Made by a program: the position numbers and the translations under genes
The notes under the pieces: generated by a model
Told to the model about the DNA's origin: nothing
Seen by the model: only the letters and a program-made list of their open reading frames with translations
The model's database searches: none
Virus record (IMG/VR): IMGVR_UViG_3300034418_011550
Coordinates: 1 to 64,000 of that record
Direction: 5' to 3' (one strand)
Source of the DNA: a virus
Length of the DNA: 64,000 nt
Part shown: positions 55,265 through 64,000 of the stretch, one piece after another
Layout of the letters: each line of letters opens with the position of its first letter
Numbering within the stretch: the stretch's first letter is position 1

Positions 55265-57880
55265 ATGGCTGATAACCTACAAGCTCTTTATAAACAAATA
55301 CAACAACTCCAAAAAGAAGTACAATCTTTAGGAGGTGAAGGGTTTAAAGACATTAACGCTGCTATTAAAGCAATGGGTGGTGGTCTTGATGGATCTAGAA
55401 AGGTATTACAATCTTTGCAAAAAGACGCTGATGATTTAAAAAATATTTTTGGTGGTATATCTACAACATTAAAAAATGTAGTAAATGATTTAAAAGGAGT
55501 TAGAAACCTAAATAAAGAATCTCTTAGTTCCTTTGGTAAAATAGAAGGCTTAACCAGAAAAATATCAGAACATAAAAAAGGTGAAAATGTTTTAACAATT
55601 AAGCAATTAAAAGATACTTCTAGAAAAATAGCTTTAGAAGTTGAAAATCTTGGAATTCTTCAAAAAGAATTAGAAGCTAAAAAAAGAAGTGGTAAAGCTA
55701 GTGATGATGAAATATCGGCTCTTAATGAAATAAATGAATCTTTAAAGAAAAAAACAGGTTATTTATCTGATATTAATGAACAAACAGCAAAAGAAGTACA
55801 AGCTGAAAAAGACCTCCAAAAAACTATTGGTATTACTGGAAAAATATTTGATGGTATAGCTGGTTCTTTAAAAAAGATAGGTATTGAAAGTGAGCATTTT
55901 GATGATATTAAGAAAAACATAAGAGAAGCAGCTAAAGAAGGAGGTAAATGGAAAGCTTTAAGCGCTGGTATGAGTGGTATATTCAAAGGAATAGGAGACT
56001 CATTATCAGATCCAGTTACTAAATTAGCTTTAGTCGGTAAAGCAGTTAAGAGCATATTTGGTTTTATTAAAAATGCTTTTCTTGATTTTGATAAAAAAGC
56101 GGTTGACATATCTAGAAACTTTGGTGCTACACCAAAAGCGGGTAGAGAATTAGCCCATGAGTTTAGACAAATATCAGCTAGTTCAAATAATCTGTTATCA
56201 ACAACCGGTAATTTATCCGAAGCATTTTCAGGACTAAACGCTGTAGCAGGTACATTTGCTAATTTTGGTCAAGCATCTGTTGAAACGTATAATAACTTAA
56301 CTAAAGGATTACATTTAAGTGAAGGAGCTGCTCAAGGAATATATAAGTTTTCTGTCTTACAAGGTAAAGAATTTGATAAATTTACAAACGAATTATCAGG
56401 TCAATTAGCTTTAAGAAGAGAACAATCAGGAGTAGCTTTAAGTGATAAAGCAATATATGAGTCTATAACTCAATTATCAGCTCAACAAAGATTAAACATT
56501 AAAGGAGGTACCCAAGGATTAATTGACTCAGTTATTGAGGCTAAAAAATTAGGTGCAGAGTTTAGTGATTTAAATTCAGCCGCTAACAGTTTATTACAAT
56601 TTGAAAATTCAATTGGTGCTGAGTTAGAAGCTGAATTATTAACTGGTAGAAATTTAAATCTTGAAAGAGCAAGAACAGCTGCTTTAAATGGTGACCAAGT
56701 TACCTTAGCTAAAGAATTAAAAGCACAATTAGGTAGTGCTGAAGAATTTACTAAAATGAATGTTATCCAACAGGAATCATTAGCAAAAGCTTTTGGTATG
56801 TCTGCTGACCAAGTAGCAGGTATGTTGGAAAAACAAGAAATGTTAAATGCTGCTAATAAAGCTGGTTTTAAAGATGTAGAAAGCATAGCCAAAGCGTATG
56901 GTGAAGCAGCAGATAAAGAAGCATTTTTAGCTCAAATAGGAGATGAAAGATTAAAAGCTCAAGCTTCAAACTTAACATTCCAAGAAAAAATCAATGCTTT
57001 AACTGAAAAATTCAAAGATCTTTTTATCCAAAAACTTGAACCAATGTTCACAAAGTTTTTAGGTAAGTTTGATGAATTTATTAAAGGTGGAGGTATTGAG
57101 AAAATAGTAGAAACTGCAAAAAACATTGGTAGTGTTTTTCTTTCTATAGGTAAAGTATTAACTGGACCAATAGGAAAAGTCTTAGGTTTATTAGCTGGAC
57201 TTGGAGCCCTTAAAATGTTAGTAGGAGGACTTCCTGTTAGAATTGTAGGACAAGGTCCAATGGGAGGTGCTGGTGGTGGAGGAGGATTAATGGGTTCTTT
57301 ATTTAATCAAGGAACTGTAACTTCAAAATCAGGACAAACATATGCTGCTAACTCTCCTCAAGGAAGAATGATTAGAAACATGTCTGGTCAAAAACCTGTA
57401 GGTAGAGGTCTTACAGGAATGGGAGCAGGAATGTTAGGTATGGGGGCAATGATGGCTGGTCAAGCTATTGGTGGACAAGCAGGAGGAGTATTATCTTCAG
57501 CAGGCTCAATGGCTGCTATGGGAGCTATAGCTGGTCCTATAGGAGCAGCAATTGGTGGTGTTGTTGGTTTAGCTATGGGTTTAAATGATATAAGTAAAGA
57601 AAAACAAAGACTAAAAAAAGAACAAGAATTTACCGAATCATTACAACCAAAAACAGCAGCCCAAAGAAGAGCAGCTAGAATATATGGTAATATGGCTGAA
57701 ACAGACGCTGAAATGGCCCGTTATTCAGCTATTTCAGGAGCTGGTGGAAATGGAGGTGTAGAAGAAACAAATTCATTACTAAAAACAATATCAGGACAAC
57801 TTTCAGAACAACGTGAGATTGTAATGTCAGGAAATAAAGTAGGTACAGCTGTAGCTACAGGAAATTACCAACAAGGTTAA
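55265..57880 (+). CDS. Tape measure protein
   Basis: 871-aa helical protein; FENSIGAELEAELLTGRNLNLERAR; Gly/Ala-rich hydrophobic C-region; canonical position. Confidence 0.85.
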   Translation: MADNLQALYKQIQQLQKEVQSLGGEGFKDINAAIKAMGGGLDGSRKVLQSLQKDADDLKNIFGGISTTLKNVVNDLKGVRNLNKESLSSFGKIEGLTRKISEHKKGENVLTIKQLKDTSRKIALEVENLGILQKELEAKKRSGKASDDEISALNEINESLKKKTGYLSDINEQTAKEVQAEKDLQKTIGITGKIFDGIAGSLKKIGIESEHFDDIKKNIREAAKEGGKWKALSAGMSGIFKGIGDSLSDPVTKLALVGKAVKSIFGFIKNAFLDFDKKAVDISRNFGATPKAGRELAHEFRQISASSNNLLSTTGNLSEAFSGLNAVAGTFANFGQASVETYNNLTKGLHLSEGAAQGIYKFSVLQGKEFDKFTNELSGQLALRREQSGVALSDKAIYESITQLSAQQRLNIKGGTQGLIDSVIEAKKLGAEFSDLNSAANSLLQFENSIGAELEAELLTGRNLNLERARTAALNGDQVTLAKELKAQLGSAEEFTKMNVIQQESLAKAFGMSADQVAGMLEKQEMLNAANKAGFKDVESIAKAYGEAADKEAFLAQIGDERLKAQASNLTFQEKINALTEKFKDLFIQKLEPMFTKFLGKFDEFIKGGGIEKIVETAKNIGSVFLSIGKVLTGPIGKVLGLLAGLGALKMLVGGLPVRIVGQGPMGGAGGGGGLMGSLFNQGTVTSKSGQTYAANSPQGRMIRNMSGQKPVGRGLTGMGAGMLGMGAMMAGQAIGGQAGGVLSSAGSMAAMGAIAGPIGAAIGGVVGLAMGLNDISKEKQRLKKEQEFTESLQPKTAAQRRAARIYGNMAETDAEMARYSAISGAGGNGGVEETNSLLKTISGQLSEQREIVMSGNKVGTAVATGNYQQG

Positions 57881-57887
57881 TTTTTTT

Positions 57888-57897
57888 AATATTTATA
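57888..57897 (+). promoter_or_regulatory. Putative late promoter
   Basis: AATATTTATA 16 nt before ATG 57914. Confidence 0.6.
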
Positions 57898-57913
57898 ATA
57901 AAACAATAAAATT

Positions 57914-58195
57914 ATGGGAATTCTAGATTTATTAAAAACAAAAGGATCAGCATACTCAAGCTATAATGGTACAACTCCATTACCAAACCCAGGTGCTACT
58001 AAATCTTCTAAATTACACGCTGATGGAGACCAACCTAGTTACTCAGTTAGTGGAGCTAACAAAAATGAAGTAAATTCTGCATATCAAGAATATTTAGATG
58101 GTACTAACAATCAATTACCTCAACCTTCTATCTTAGATAGAAACAACGGTAGTGTACCTGATAATAAAAAATATCTAAATACTTTACCAGGATAA
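57914..58195 (+). CDS. Hypothetical tail-region protein
   Basis: 93-aa ORF between TMP and baseplate genes. Confidence 0.65.
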   Translation: MGILDLLKTKGSAYSSYNGTTPLPNPGATKSSKLHADGDQPSYSVSGANKNEVNSAYQEYLDGTNNQLPQPSILDRNNGSVPDNKKYLNTLPG

Positions 58196-58198
58196 TAA

Positions 58199-60085
58199 AT
58201 GCCTTTAGTAGATTTACTAACAGATCTAGGTAACTTTAAATACTACTCAGGTGGTCGTGGGTATGTGTCAACGCCTAATTCTTTTGGGCAAAAAAGCATA
58301 CCTTATGGATATGACCGTCCTGGTGGAGGAAATAGTGGTCAACCTTTTGTAACTGTTAGTAAACAAAATAGTTTTGACTTATCTGTAGACCAATTAGGTA
58401 GCACTGGTTTAAATAATGATTTATTTATTAGAGGAGGAGTATCTGTTGCTAAACATGTTAAAGAAGATGAAATAAGAATTGGAAAATTTTTAGCTTCATC
58501 ACAAGGTTTACTTTGGATTGCTCAACAAAACTTATTAGAAAAAACATTTAAACCAAAATTACCAAATGATATTTATCCAAGAGAAATTTATAGTCCTTTA
58601 AATACTCTAGCTCAATTAGCAGGTAATCCTATTGGTACCCATATAAATAAATCTGGTTTAAATCCATTTTACTTTGATATACCTCATGGTCAAGGTGAAA
58701 ACTCATATCTAGTTAAAACAGATAAACAATATAATACAGAAAATACTAACCGTTTAACTTTACTATACAAATCTAAAATATCTCAACTTCCAGACTCACC
58801 AGACTTAAAAGTATCTAAAGGTTTTAGTATCAAGTTTAATGATAATGATTTTATTATAAATGATGCTTTATCTAGTTATAGAAGAGTAACTGATACAACT
58901 CTTACTATACAAAAACTAGATAATACTTTTGAATCTAATTATTCATCTTGGACCAGTGAAAAACTAAGCAATTCCGGACCTTTTAAATCAGATCCAATTT
59001 CTACTCCTTACCTTAATGATTTTAGAAGTAGAACTTATGATGGTGGTGCTGAAGCAGGAGGTGGATATAAATTTAAAAGCTTTTTAGCTAAAGGAAATTA
59101 TTCTGAAAACAACAGACAAGATACTTTTGGAATGTCTGACCCAGGAACTCGTTTTAAAGACGTTTCTGATATAACTGCTTTATCTTCAAACCAGTCTACT
59201 GATAAAATCAATACTGTTTCTTTATATAGTTCAAACAAAGTAGATACAGATTATTCAGAATCAGATTTAATACCTTTTTATTTTCAAGTAGTTAATAATG
59301 ATGACCCTTCAAATTATACTTTTGTTCATTTTAGAGCTTATATAGACAATTTTGGAGATAGTTTTACAGGAAATTGGCAATCATTTAAATATTCTGGTAG
59401 AGGTGAGAATTTTCATATTTATGATAGCTTTAATAGGTCAATTAGTTTAGGATTTACTATAGCTATTGAATCAAGACTCGAACAACAACCTCAATATAAA
59501 AAAATAAGTTATTTAGCCTCATTAACTGCTCCTGATTATTCTAACTCAACCGGATTTATGAGAGGTAATTTTGTTAAATTAACTGTAGGAGATTATTTGA
59601 CACAAACTCCTGGATTTATTAATAGTATAAATTACTCAGTAGCAAATAATGTCCCTTGGGATATAGCTAGAGACAATAATGGTAATCTTTTAGATAATGG
59701 AACTCAAATATTACCGATGGTGATTAATGTTAGTATGACCTTTACTCCTGTTCATAATTTTGTTCCTAAAACAAATGGAAATTTTGTAGGTAATGAAGAT
59801 AAATTTAACAAAGCAGCCTATATTGTTAATAGAGAAGCCGCTGAAAGGTTTGGATCTAAAGTTGATAATATAAGTGGAACAACATTAAAATCTGCTCCAA
59901 TACCAAAACCAACAAACCCTGGACAAATAAATATACCAAATAAACTCCAAAAACCATTTGTTTTAGAACCTACTAGCCAAAGAAGAATTTCAGGACCATT
60001 AAATGCTTCAACTCCTACAGATGTTCGACTTAAAAATCAATCTTTATTTAGTAGAGCTATTCCTGATGGTTTACCTAATGCTTAA
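58199..60085 (+). CDS. Baseplate / tail-tube initiator-like protein (gp48/gp54-like)
   Basis: FRAYIDNFGDSFTGNW...YSGRGENF...FNRSISLGF...LTVGD tube-fold segment. Confidence 0.6.
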   Translation: MPLVDLLTDLGNFKYYSGGRGYVSTPNSFGQKSIPYGYDRPGGGNSGQPFVTVSKQNSFDLSVDQLGSTGLNNDLFIRGGVSVAKHVKEDEIRIGKFLASSQGLLWIAQQNLLEKTFKPKLPNDIYPREIYSPLNTLAQLAGNPIGTHINKSGLNPFYFDIPHGQGENSYLVKTDKQYNTENTNRLTLLYKSKISQLPDSPDLKVSKGFSIKFNDNDFIINDALSSYRRVTDTTLTIQKLDNTFESNYSSWTSEKLSNSGPFKSDPISTPYLNDFRSRTYDGGAEAGGGYKFKSFLAKGNYSENNRQDTFGMSDPGTRFKDVSDITALSSNQSTDKINTVSLYSSNKVDTDYSESDLIPFYFQVVNNDDPSNYTFVHFRAYIDNFGDSFTGNWQSFKYSGRGENFHIYDSFNRSISLGFTIAIESRLEQQPQYKKISYLASLTAPDYSNSTGFMRGNFVKLTVGDYLTQTPGFINSINYSVANNVPWDIARDNNGNLLDNGTQILPMVINVSMTFTPVHNFVPKTNGNFVGNEDKFNKAAYIVNREAAERFGSKVDNISGTTLKSAPIPKPTNPGQINIPNKLQKPFVLEPTSQRRISGPLNASTPTDVRLKNQSLFSRAIPDGLPNA

Positions 60086-60090
60086 AAGTT

Positions 60091-60402
60091 ATGAATAGAT
60101 ATAGAAATACAATAGGACAAAACACAACAAATACTGAAGGAACAATTGTTTCTTTTGTTGGAGTTAAATATCCTGACATTCCTTATACTTCTGGAGATAT
60201 TTATGTTTATACAACAGCAGGAGACCGTTTAGATAATTTAGCTAAACAGTTTTATGGCTCATCAGAATATTATTGGGTAATATCTGTAGCTAATCCTGAC
60301 TTAGGTATGGGTTCTCTTTATGTACCTGAAGGTACTCAAATTAGAATTCCAGGAAATTTAAGTAATATTATTTTAAATTTTCAGTTATTAAATAATCAGT
60401 GA
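60091..60402 (+). CDS. LysM-like baseplate protein (gp53/gpX-like)
   Basis: GDRLDNLAKQFYGSSEYYWVISVAN...GTQIRIP. Confidence 0.8.
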   Translation: MNRYRNTIGQNTTNTEGTIVSFVGVKYPDIPYTSGDIYVYTTAGDRLDNLAKQFYGSSEYYWVISVANPDLGMGSLYVPEGTQIRIPGNLSNIILNFQLLNNQ

Positions 60403-60403
60403 T

Positions 60404-63400
60404 ATGGCAAATATTATAGGTGAAGTTTTTGATAGATTTGTAACACAACAAGTAGAAGCTAGACAAACTCTTTTAGGTTATTCACAAGAGGGTAATACTA
60501 TTAATGATAGTGTTAACCAATGGTTACATAACAATTCAGCTTGGACTAGAATGATATCTGGTATTGATATTAGAGGACCAAGAGCGGCTGAAAGATTAGT
60601 TTCATTAAATTTAGGAGCAGATTATGCAAGTGAAAACTTAGCTAAAAATTTTATTTTATATAATGGAGTATCTTCAGTAACAGGTTCAGGAGATAGTTTA
60701 TCTTTTAATCCTTCTACAAACAATCAAGATTATTTTGCTGCTAATAGTGATTTTTCTATAACTAATTCTTATGGTTTTGCTGGATTAGATCAAGGACTAA
60801 GACCAATGCCTGGTATTGAATCTGTAAGAGTAAGTTATGTAAATAAAGGAGCTTTAGCTAATGCAGAAATCGATATAATTGCTTTTAATAAAGAACAACT
60901 AAATATAATTGATACTTTATTTTTACATCCTGGTTATAGTTTCTTATTAGAATGGGGATGGACAAGATATATTGATAATGATACAGCGACTGTTATTCAT
61001 AATGATCCAACTAGTTTAATAACTGATCCTTTTAAATCAATATTATCTAAAAAAAGCACTCAATATACTATATACAATGAAATAAAAAAAGAAAAACAAA
61101 AACAATCAGGCAATTATGATGCCTTATACTTAATTGTTAAAAATTTTAAGTTTACATTTCAACCTAATGGTACTTATAAAATAACAGTATATGCTGTAAC
61201 TCAAGGAGATTTACTTGAAAATTTAAAAATAAACACAGTATCTCCAGGAGAAGGGGCTTTAGGGGCTAAACAACAGCTTTTAGACCAAGATCAAAGAAAT
61301 AAAACAGTTGAAGACCTTAAAGCTGAGTTAGCTCTTAATGAAAGTAAAATAGCAGAAAAAGCTAAAGAACTACAAGCTCTTGAAACAGCGTTTGAGGAAT
61401 ATAAACGAAAAAATGTACTACTTATAAATACACCTAAATATAAAGAAGTAGTTGCTGCTTCTGTACCTACTATTGAAGAATTAAGAAAAGAAGTTAATGA
61501 TTTAAAAGGTAGACCAACTGAAATAAGAAATGAAATTATAACTCTTACTGGAGAAGATATAGAAGCTACAAATGTTGTAGATAGATTAGCTAATAAATCA
61601 AGGATACATTTAGAATTAAAACGTGTTAGAGATTATCTGCAAGGAAATACCGGGGGTGCTTCTCAAGATATTTTATCTATGAAAGTAGAAAAAATAGAAA
61701 AAACAAAAACAGTAAATGAAGAAGGTTTAATAATTGAAACTACAGATACTGCTAATGATTTTCTATATTTTATGAAGTTAGGTAATCTGCTAGATTTTAT
61801 TCAAAATAATCTTTTATTATATAGTACTAGCAAAAGTAACCCTTATTTTAGAATAGATACAAATAATAACAATTATTGTTTCCATTTTAGTAAACATATT
61901 TCAGCTGACCCTGAAATTTGTATGATTCCTGTAAGAGATGGAAAAATTGCTGTTCCTGAATCTTATAAAAAAGTTAGAGAAAGACCAGAAAAAATAGCTG
62001 AACTACAAAGAAAACTACAACAACAACAAAAGAATGTTGAACTTGCTCAGGATGTTCTTGAAATAAATCAATCAATTGAAAATATAGGAACAATAGATTT
62101 TTCTCCTACTACTCCTGGTGAAAGAGTATTTAATCCTTTTGAAGTCACTAAACCAAATACAGAAACTACTGAACCCGCTGGTTTTCTTGATGTTATTAAA
62201 GAACCAACAGCCGCTGAACAAGCCCTCACAGCCGCTCAACAATATTTAAAAAGTATTTCTACTGACTTAACATCTGAAAATAAAGCAGCCTCTGGGTCAA
62301 CAGATGCTTCTGGTCATCCTTTTTATGGAGGTTTACCTTCTACATTTCAATCAAATGCTGGTGGGGGAACAACAAGTAGAGATGAAGTAATACAAGAAGA
62401 AAATCTTGGAAGAGTATTTGAAAATATACCAGTAGTATTCTCAGGCTCAGCTGGTTTTACAGGACCAGAAACAATAACTATCAAAGGAGCACCAAAAGAA
62501 GTTGAGGCTTATACTATTAATTTTCCAAATTCCATTAGATATATAACTAGAAGTAGATACTTTCAGTTTGGAAAAAAAGATAATGAACCTACTAATTTAA
62601 CAGAACAAGGTTCTTGGACTATTAAAGATGGAAAATTTAAAAGAATACCAGATAAAGATAAAAGTACAACTCCTAATTTAACTAAAACTAGAAATGCTGA
62701 TGATATCGAATCGGGGTTAACATCACAAGATCTAAATACAGACTTTATTGTAAATAATTTTATTGGAAGGTTAATGGATATTCATGTTAATCTAGAATAT
62801 ATAGCAACAGTAGCTAATAATAATATAGATAAACAAGGTAATTTATCTTTAATTTCCTTTTTAAATCAATTACTAACAGGTATAAACGCTGCTTTAGGTT
62901 ATTGTCATGACTTTCAAGTAATTTATGATAGGGAAACTAATTATGTAAAAATATATGATTATAAAATTTTAAATTATGGGGGGTTAAAAGAAAAATCAAA
63001 TGCTCCTGCATTTTTTAATCTTTTTGGTTTTAAACCTATAGGTAGGTTTAATTATGGTTCTTTTATATATGATGTGAACTTCACTTCCCAATTAACTAAT
63101 GACTTTGTTAATATGATAACTATCGCTGCCCAATCTGATACTAATGTATTAGGTATGGATTATACAGGATTATCTAAATATAATGAAGGACTAGTTGATA
63201 GAATTATATCCCAAAAGAAATCAGCAGCAGAAATAGGATCAACATCTGGGGGTACAACAGTTAAAGACCTTAATAATCTTTATAATACCGCTAAAACTTT
63301 TGCTCAAGATATTTGGGGACAATTAAGTATAAACAGAGGTGAGGTAGATGCTTTTATGTCTGCTAATAGAGACTTAGCCAACTACGAAATTAATAACTCT

Positions 63401-64000
63401 GTAAAAAACGGATTAATACCTAACCCTATAGTTATTCCTTATAACTTATCACTAACAATGATGGGCCTTTCAGGAATGAAAATATTTGAAACTTTTGAGG
63501 TTGATGATAAAATATTACCTCCAATGTATGATAATAGATCTTATAACTTTATTGCTAAAGCTATATCTCATACTATAACAAACAATAAATGGACTACAAC
63601 TTTAGAAAGTCAAATAGTAAATAAATCTAAAAATAATGAGGTTATTCCTGTTTCTGAAAATGTTGAAAAATATATAAGAGTAGTTACTAATAATGGTGGT
63701 GGCGGTGGTGTAACCTTCCAAGGACTAGGAAGTTGCGACCCAGAAATTCTTAAAAAGGTAACACCTTTTAGTAATCTTTCTAGCGAAAAAAGAAAAAATG
63801 CTATTTATTTATATAAACTTCTTAAATCTTCTAAATTTAATTTTACAGAAAGTCAAGCCAGAGCAATTGTATCTGTTAGTTCTAAAGAATCAAACTTTAA
63901 ACCGGTAGATGAAATAAGTTATGTTAATGGTAATACTAAAATAAAAAGAATTATTGAAGTATGGCCAAAAGTACAAAACCCTCCTTTAAGAAATAAAGTA
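60404..64000 (+). CDS. Baseplate hub protein (gp27-like), partial; probable C-terminal lytic domain (not in ORF track)
   Basis: ATG 60404; frame open in all segments read and in register at the window end. RPMPGIESV, HPGYSFLLEWGW, LSLTMMGLSGMKIFETF, ISHTITNNKWTTTL. Confidence 0.75.
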   Translation, partial: MANIIGEVFDRFVTQQVEARQTLLGYSQEGNTINDSVNQWLHNNSAWTRMISGIDIRGPRAAERLVSLNLGADYASENLAKNFILYNGVSSVTGSGDSLSFNPSTNNQDYFAANSDFSITNSYGFAGLDQGLRPMPGIESVRVSYVNKGALANAEIDIIAFNKEQLNIIDTLFLHPGYSFLLEWGWTRYIDNDTATVIHNDPTSLITDPFKSILSKKSTQYTIYNEIKKEKQKQSGNYDALYLIVKNFKFTFQPNGTYKITVYAVTQGDLLENLKINTVSPGEGALGAKQQLLDQDQRNKTVEDLKAELALNESKIAEKAKELQALETAFEEYKRKNVLLINTPKYKEVVAASVPTIEELRKEVNDLKGRPTEIRNEIITLTGEDIEATNVVDRLANKSRIHLELKRVRDYLQGNTGGASQDILSMKVEKIEKTKTVNEEGLIIETTDTANDFLYFMKLGNLLDFIQNNLLLYSTSKSNPYFRIDTNNNNYCFHFSKHISADPEICMIPVRDGKIAVPESYKKVRERPEKIAELQRKLQQQQKNVELAQDVLEINQSIENIGTIDFSPTTPGERVFNPFEVTKPNTETTEPAGFLDVIKEPTAAEQALTAAQQYLKSISTDLTSENKAASGSTDASGHPFYGGLPSTFQSNAGGGTTSRDEVIQEENLGRVFENIPVVFSGSAGFTGPETITIKGAPKEVEAYTINFPNSIRYITRSRYFQFGKKDNEPTNLTEQGSWTIKDGKFKRIPDKDKSTTPNLTKTRNADDIESGLTSQDLNTDFIVNNFIGRLMDIHVNLEYIATVANNNIDKQGNLSLISFLNQLLTGINAALGYCHDFQVIYDRETNYVKIYDYKILNYGGLKEKSNAPAFFNLFGFKPIGRFNYGSFIYDVNFTSQLTNDFVNMITIAAQSDTNVLGMDYTGLSKYNEGLVDRIISQKKSAAEIGSTSGGTTVKDLNNLYNTAKTFAQDIWGQLSINRGEVDAFMSANRDLANYEINNSVKNGLIPNPIVIPYNLSLTMMGLSGMKIFETFEVDDKILPPMYDNRSYNFIAKAISHTITNNKWTTTLESQIVNKSKNNEVIPVSENVEKYIRVVTNNGGGGGVTFQGLGSCDPEILKKVTPFSNLSSEKRKNAIYLYKLLKSSKFNFTESQARAIVSVSSKESNFKPVDEISYVNGNTKIKRIIEVWPKVQNPPLRNKV

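Noticed and set aside
219-56892. Other short minus-strand ORFs within long plus-strand genes
   Set aside because: All are nested antisense to well-supported genes; no independent signals.
3529-57897. T4-type TATAAATA late promoters firing on the minus strand
   Set aside because: No credible minus-strand genes; the motif is positioned relative to plus-strand ATGs. Antisense transcription cannot be fully excluded.
1-64000. Stop-codon reassignment, tRNAs, introns, inteins, integrase or DGR
   Set aside because: Core genes are full length in code 11 with TAA, TGA and TAG all used as stops; no tRNA cloverleaf, intein, RT or recombinase motifs were recognised.

Overview
AT-rich 64 kb segment of a large T4-like myovirus (contractile-tailed phage) genome; every credible gene is on the + strand in the standard code. 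It holds the virion morphogenesis module: putative internal-head cargo proteins, a spanin-like pair, terminase, portal, prohead protease, scaffold, major capsid, neck, tail terminator, fibres, sheath, tube, tail chaperone with a probable frameshift, tape measure and baseplate. Absence of Shine-Dalgarno sites and TTTG-type promoters suggest a Bacteroidota host (inference). Main finding: a 3,889-aa protein with about 1,100 Gly-Ser/Thr-Ser triplets and an 879-aa collagen fibre lie directly upstream of a nine-gene protein-glycosylation operon. That operon includes a TibC/Aah-type serine O-glycosyltransferase fused to GT4, two DxD proteins, a GH130-like propeller, three FkbM methyltransferase domains, a radical SAM/SPASM enzyme and a 2OG-Fe(II) oxygenase, making this a candidate phage-encoded glycosylated-fibre system. 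Also notable: a coupled arginine-dihydrolase-like plus pyruvoyl-decarboxylase pair after the capsid gene, two promoter classes, and two ORFs missing from the supplied track. All family assignments are by motif recognition from memory; no database search was run.
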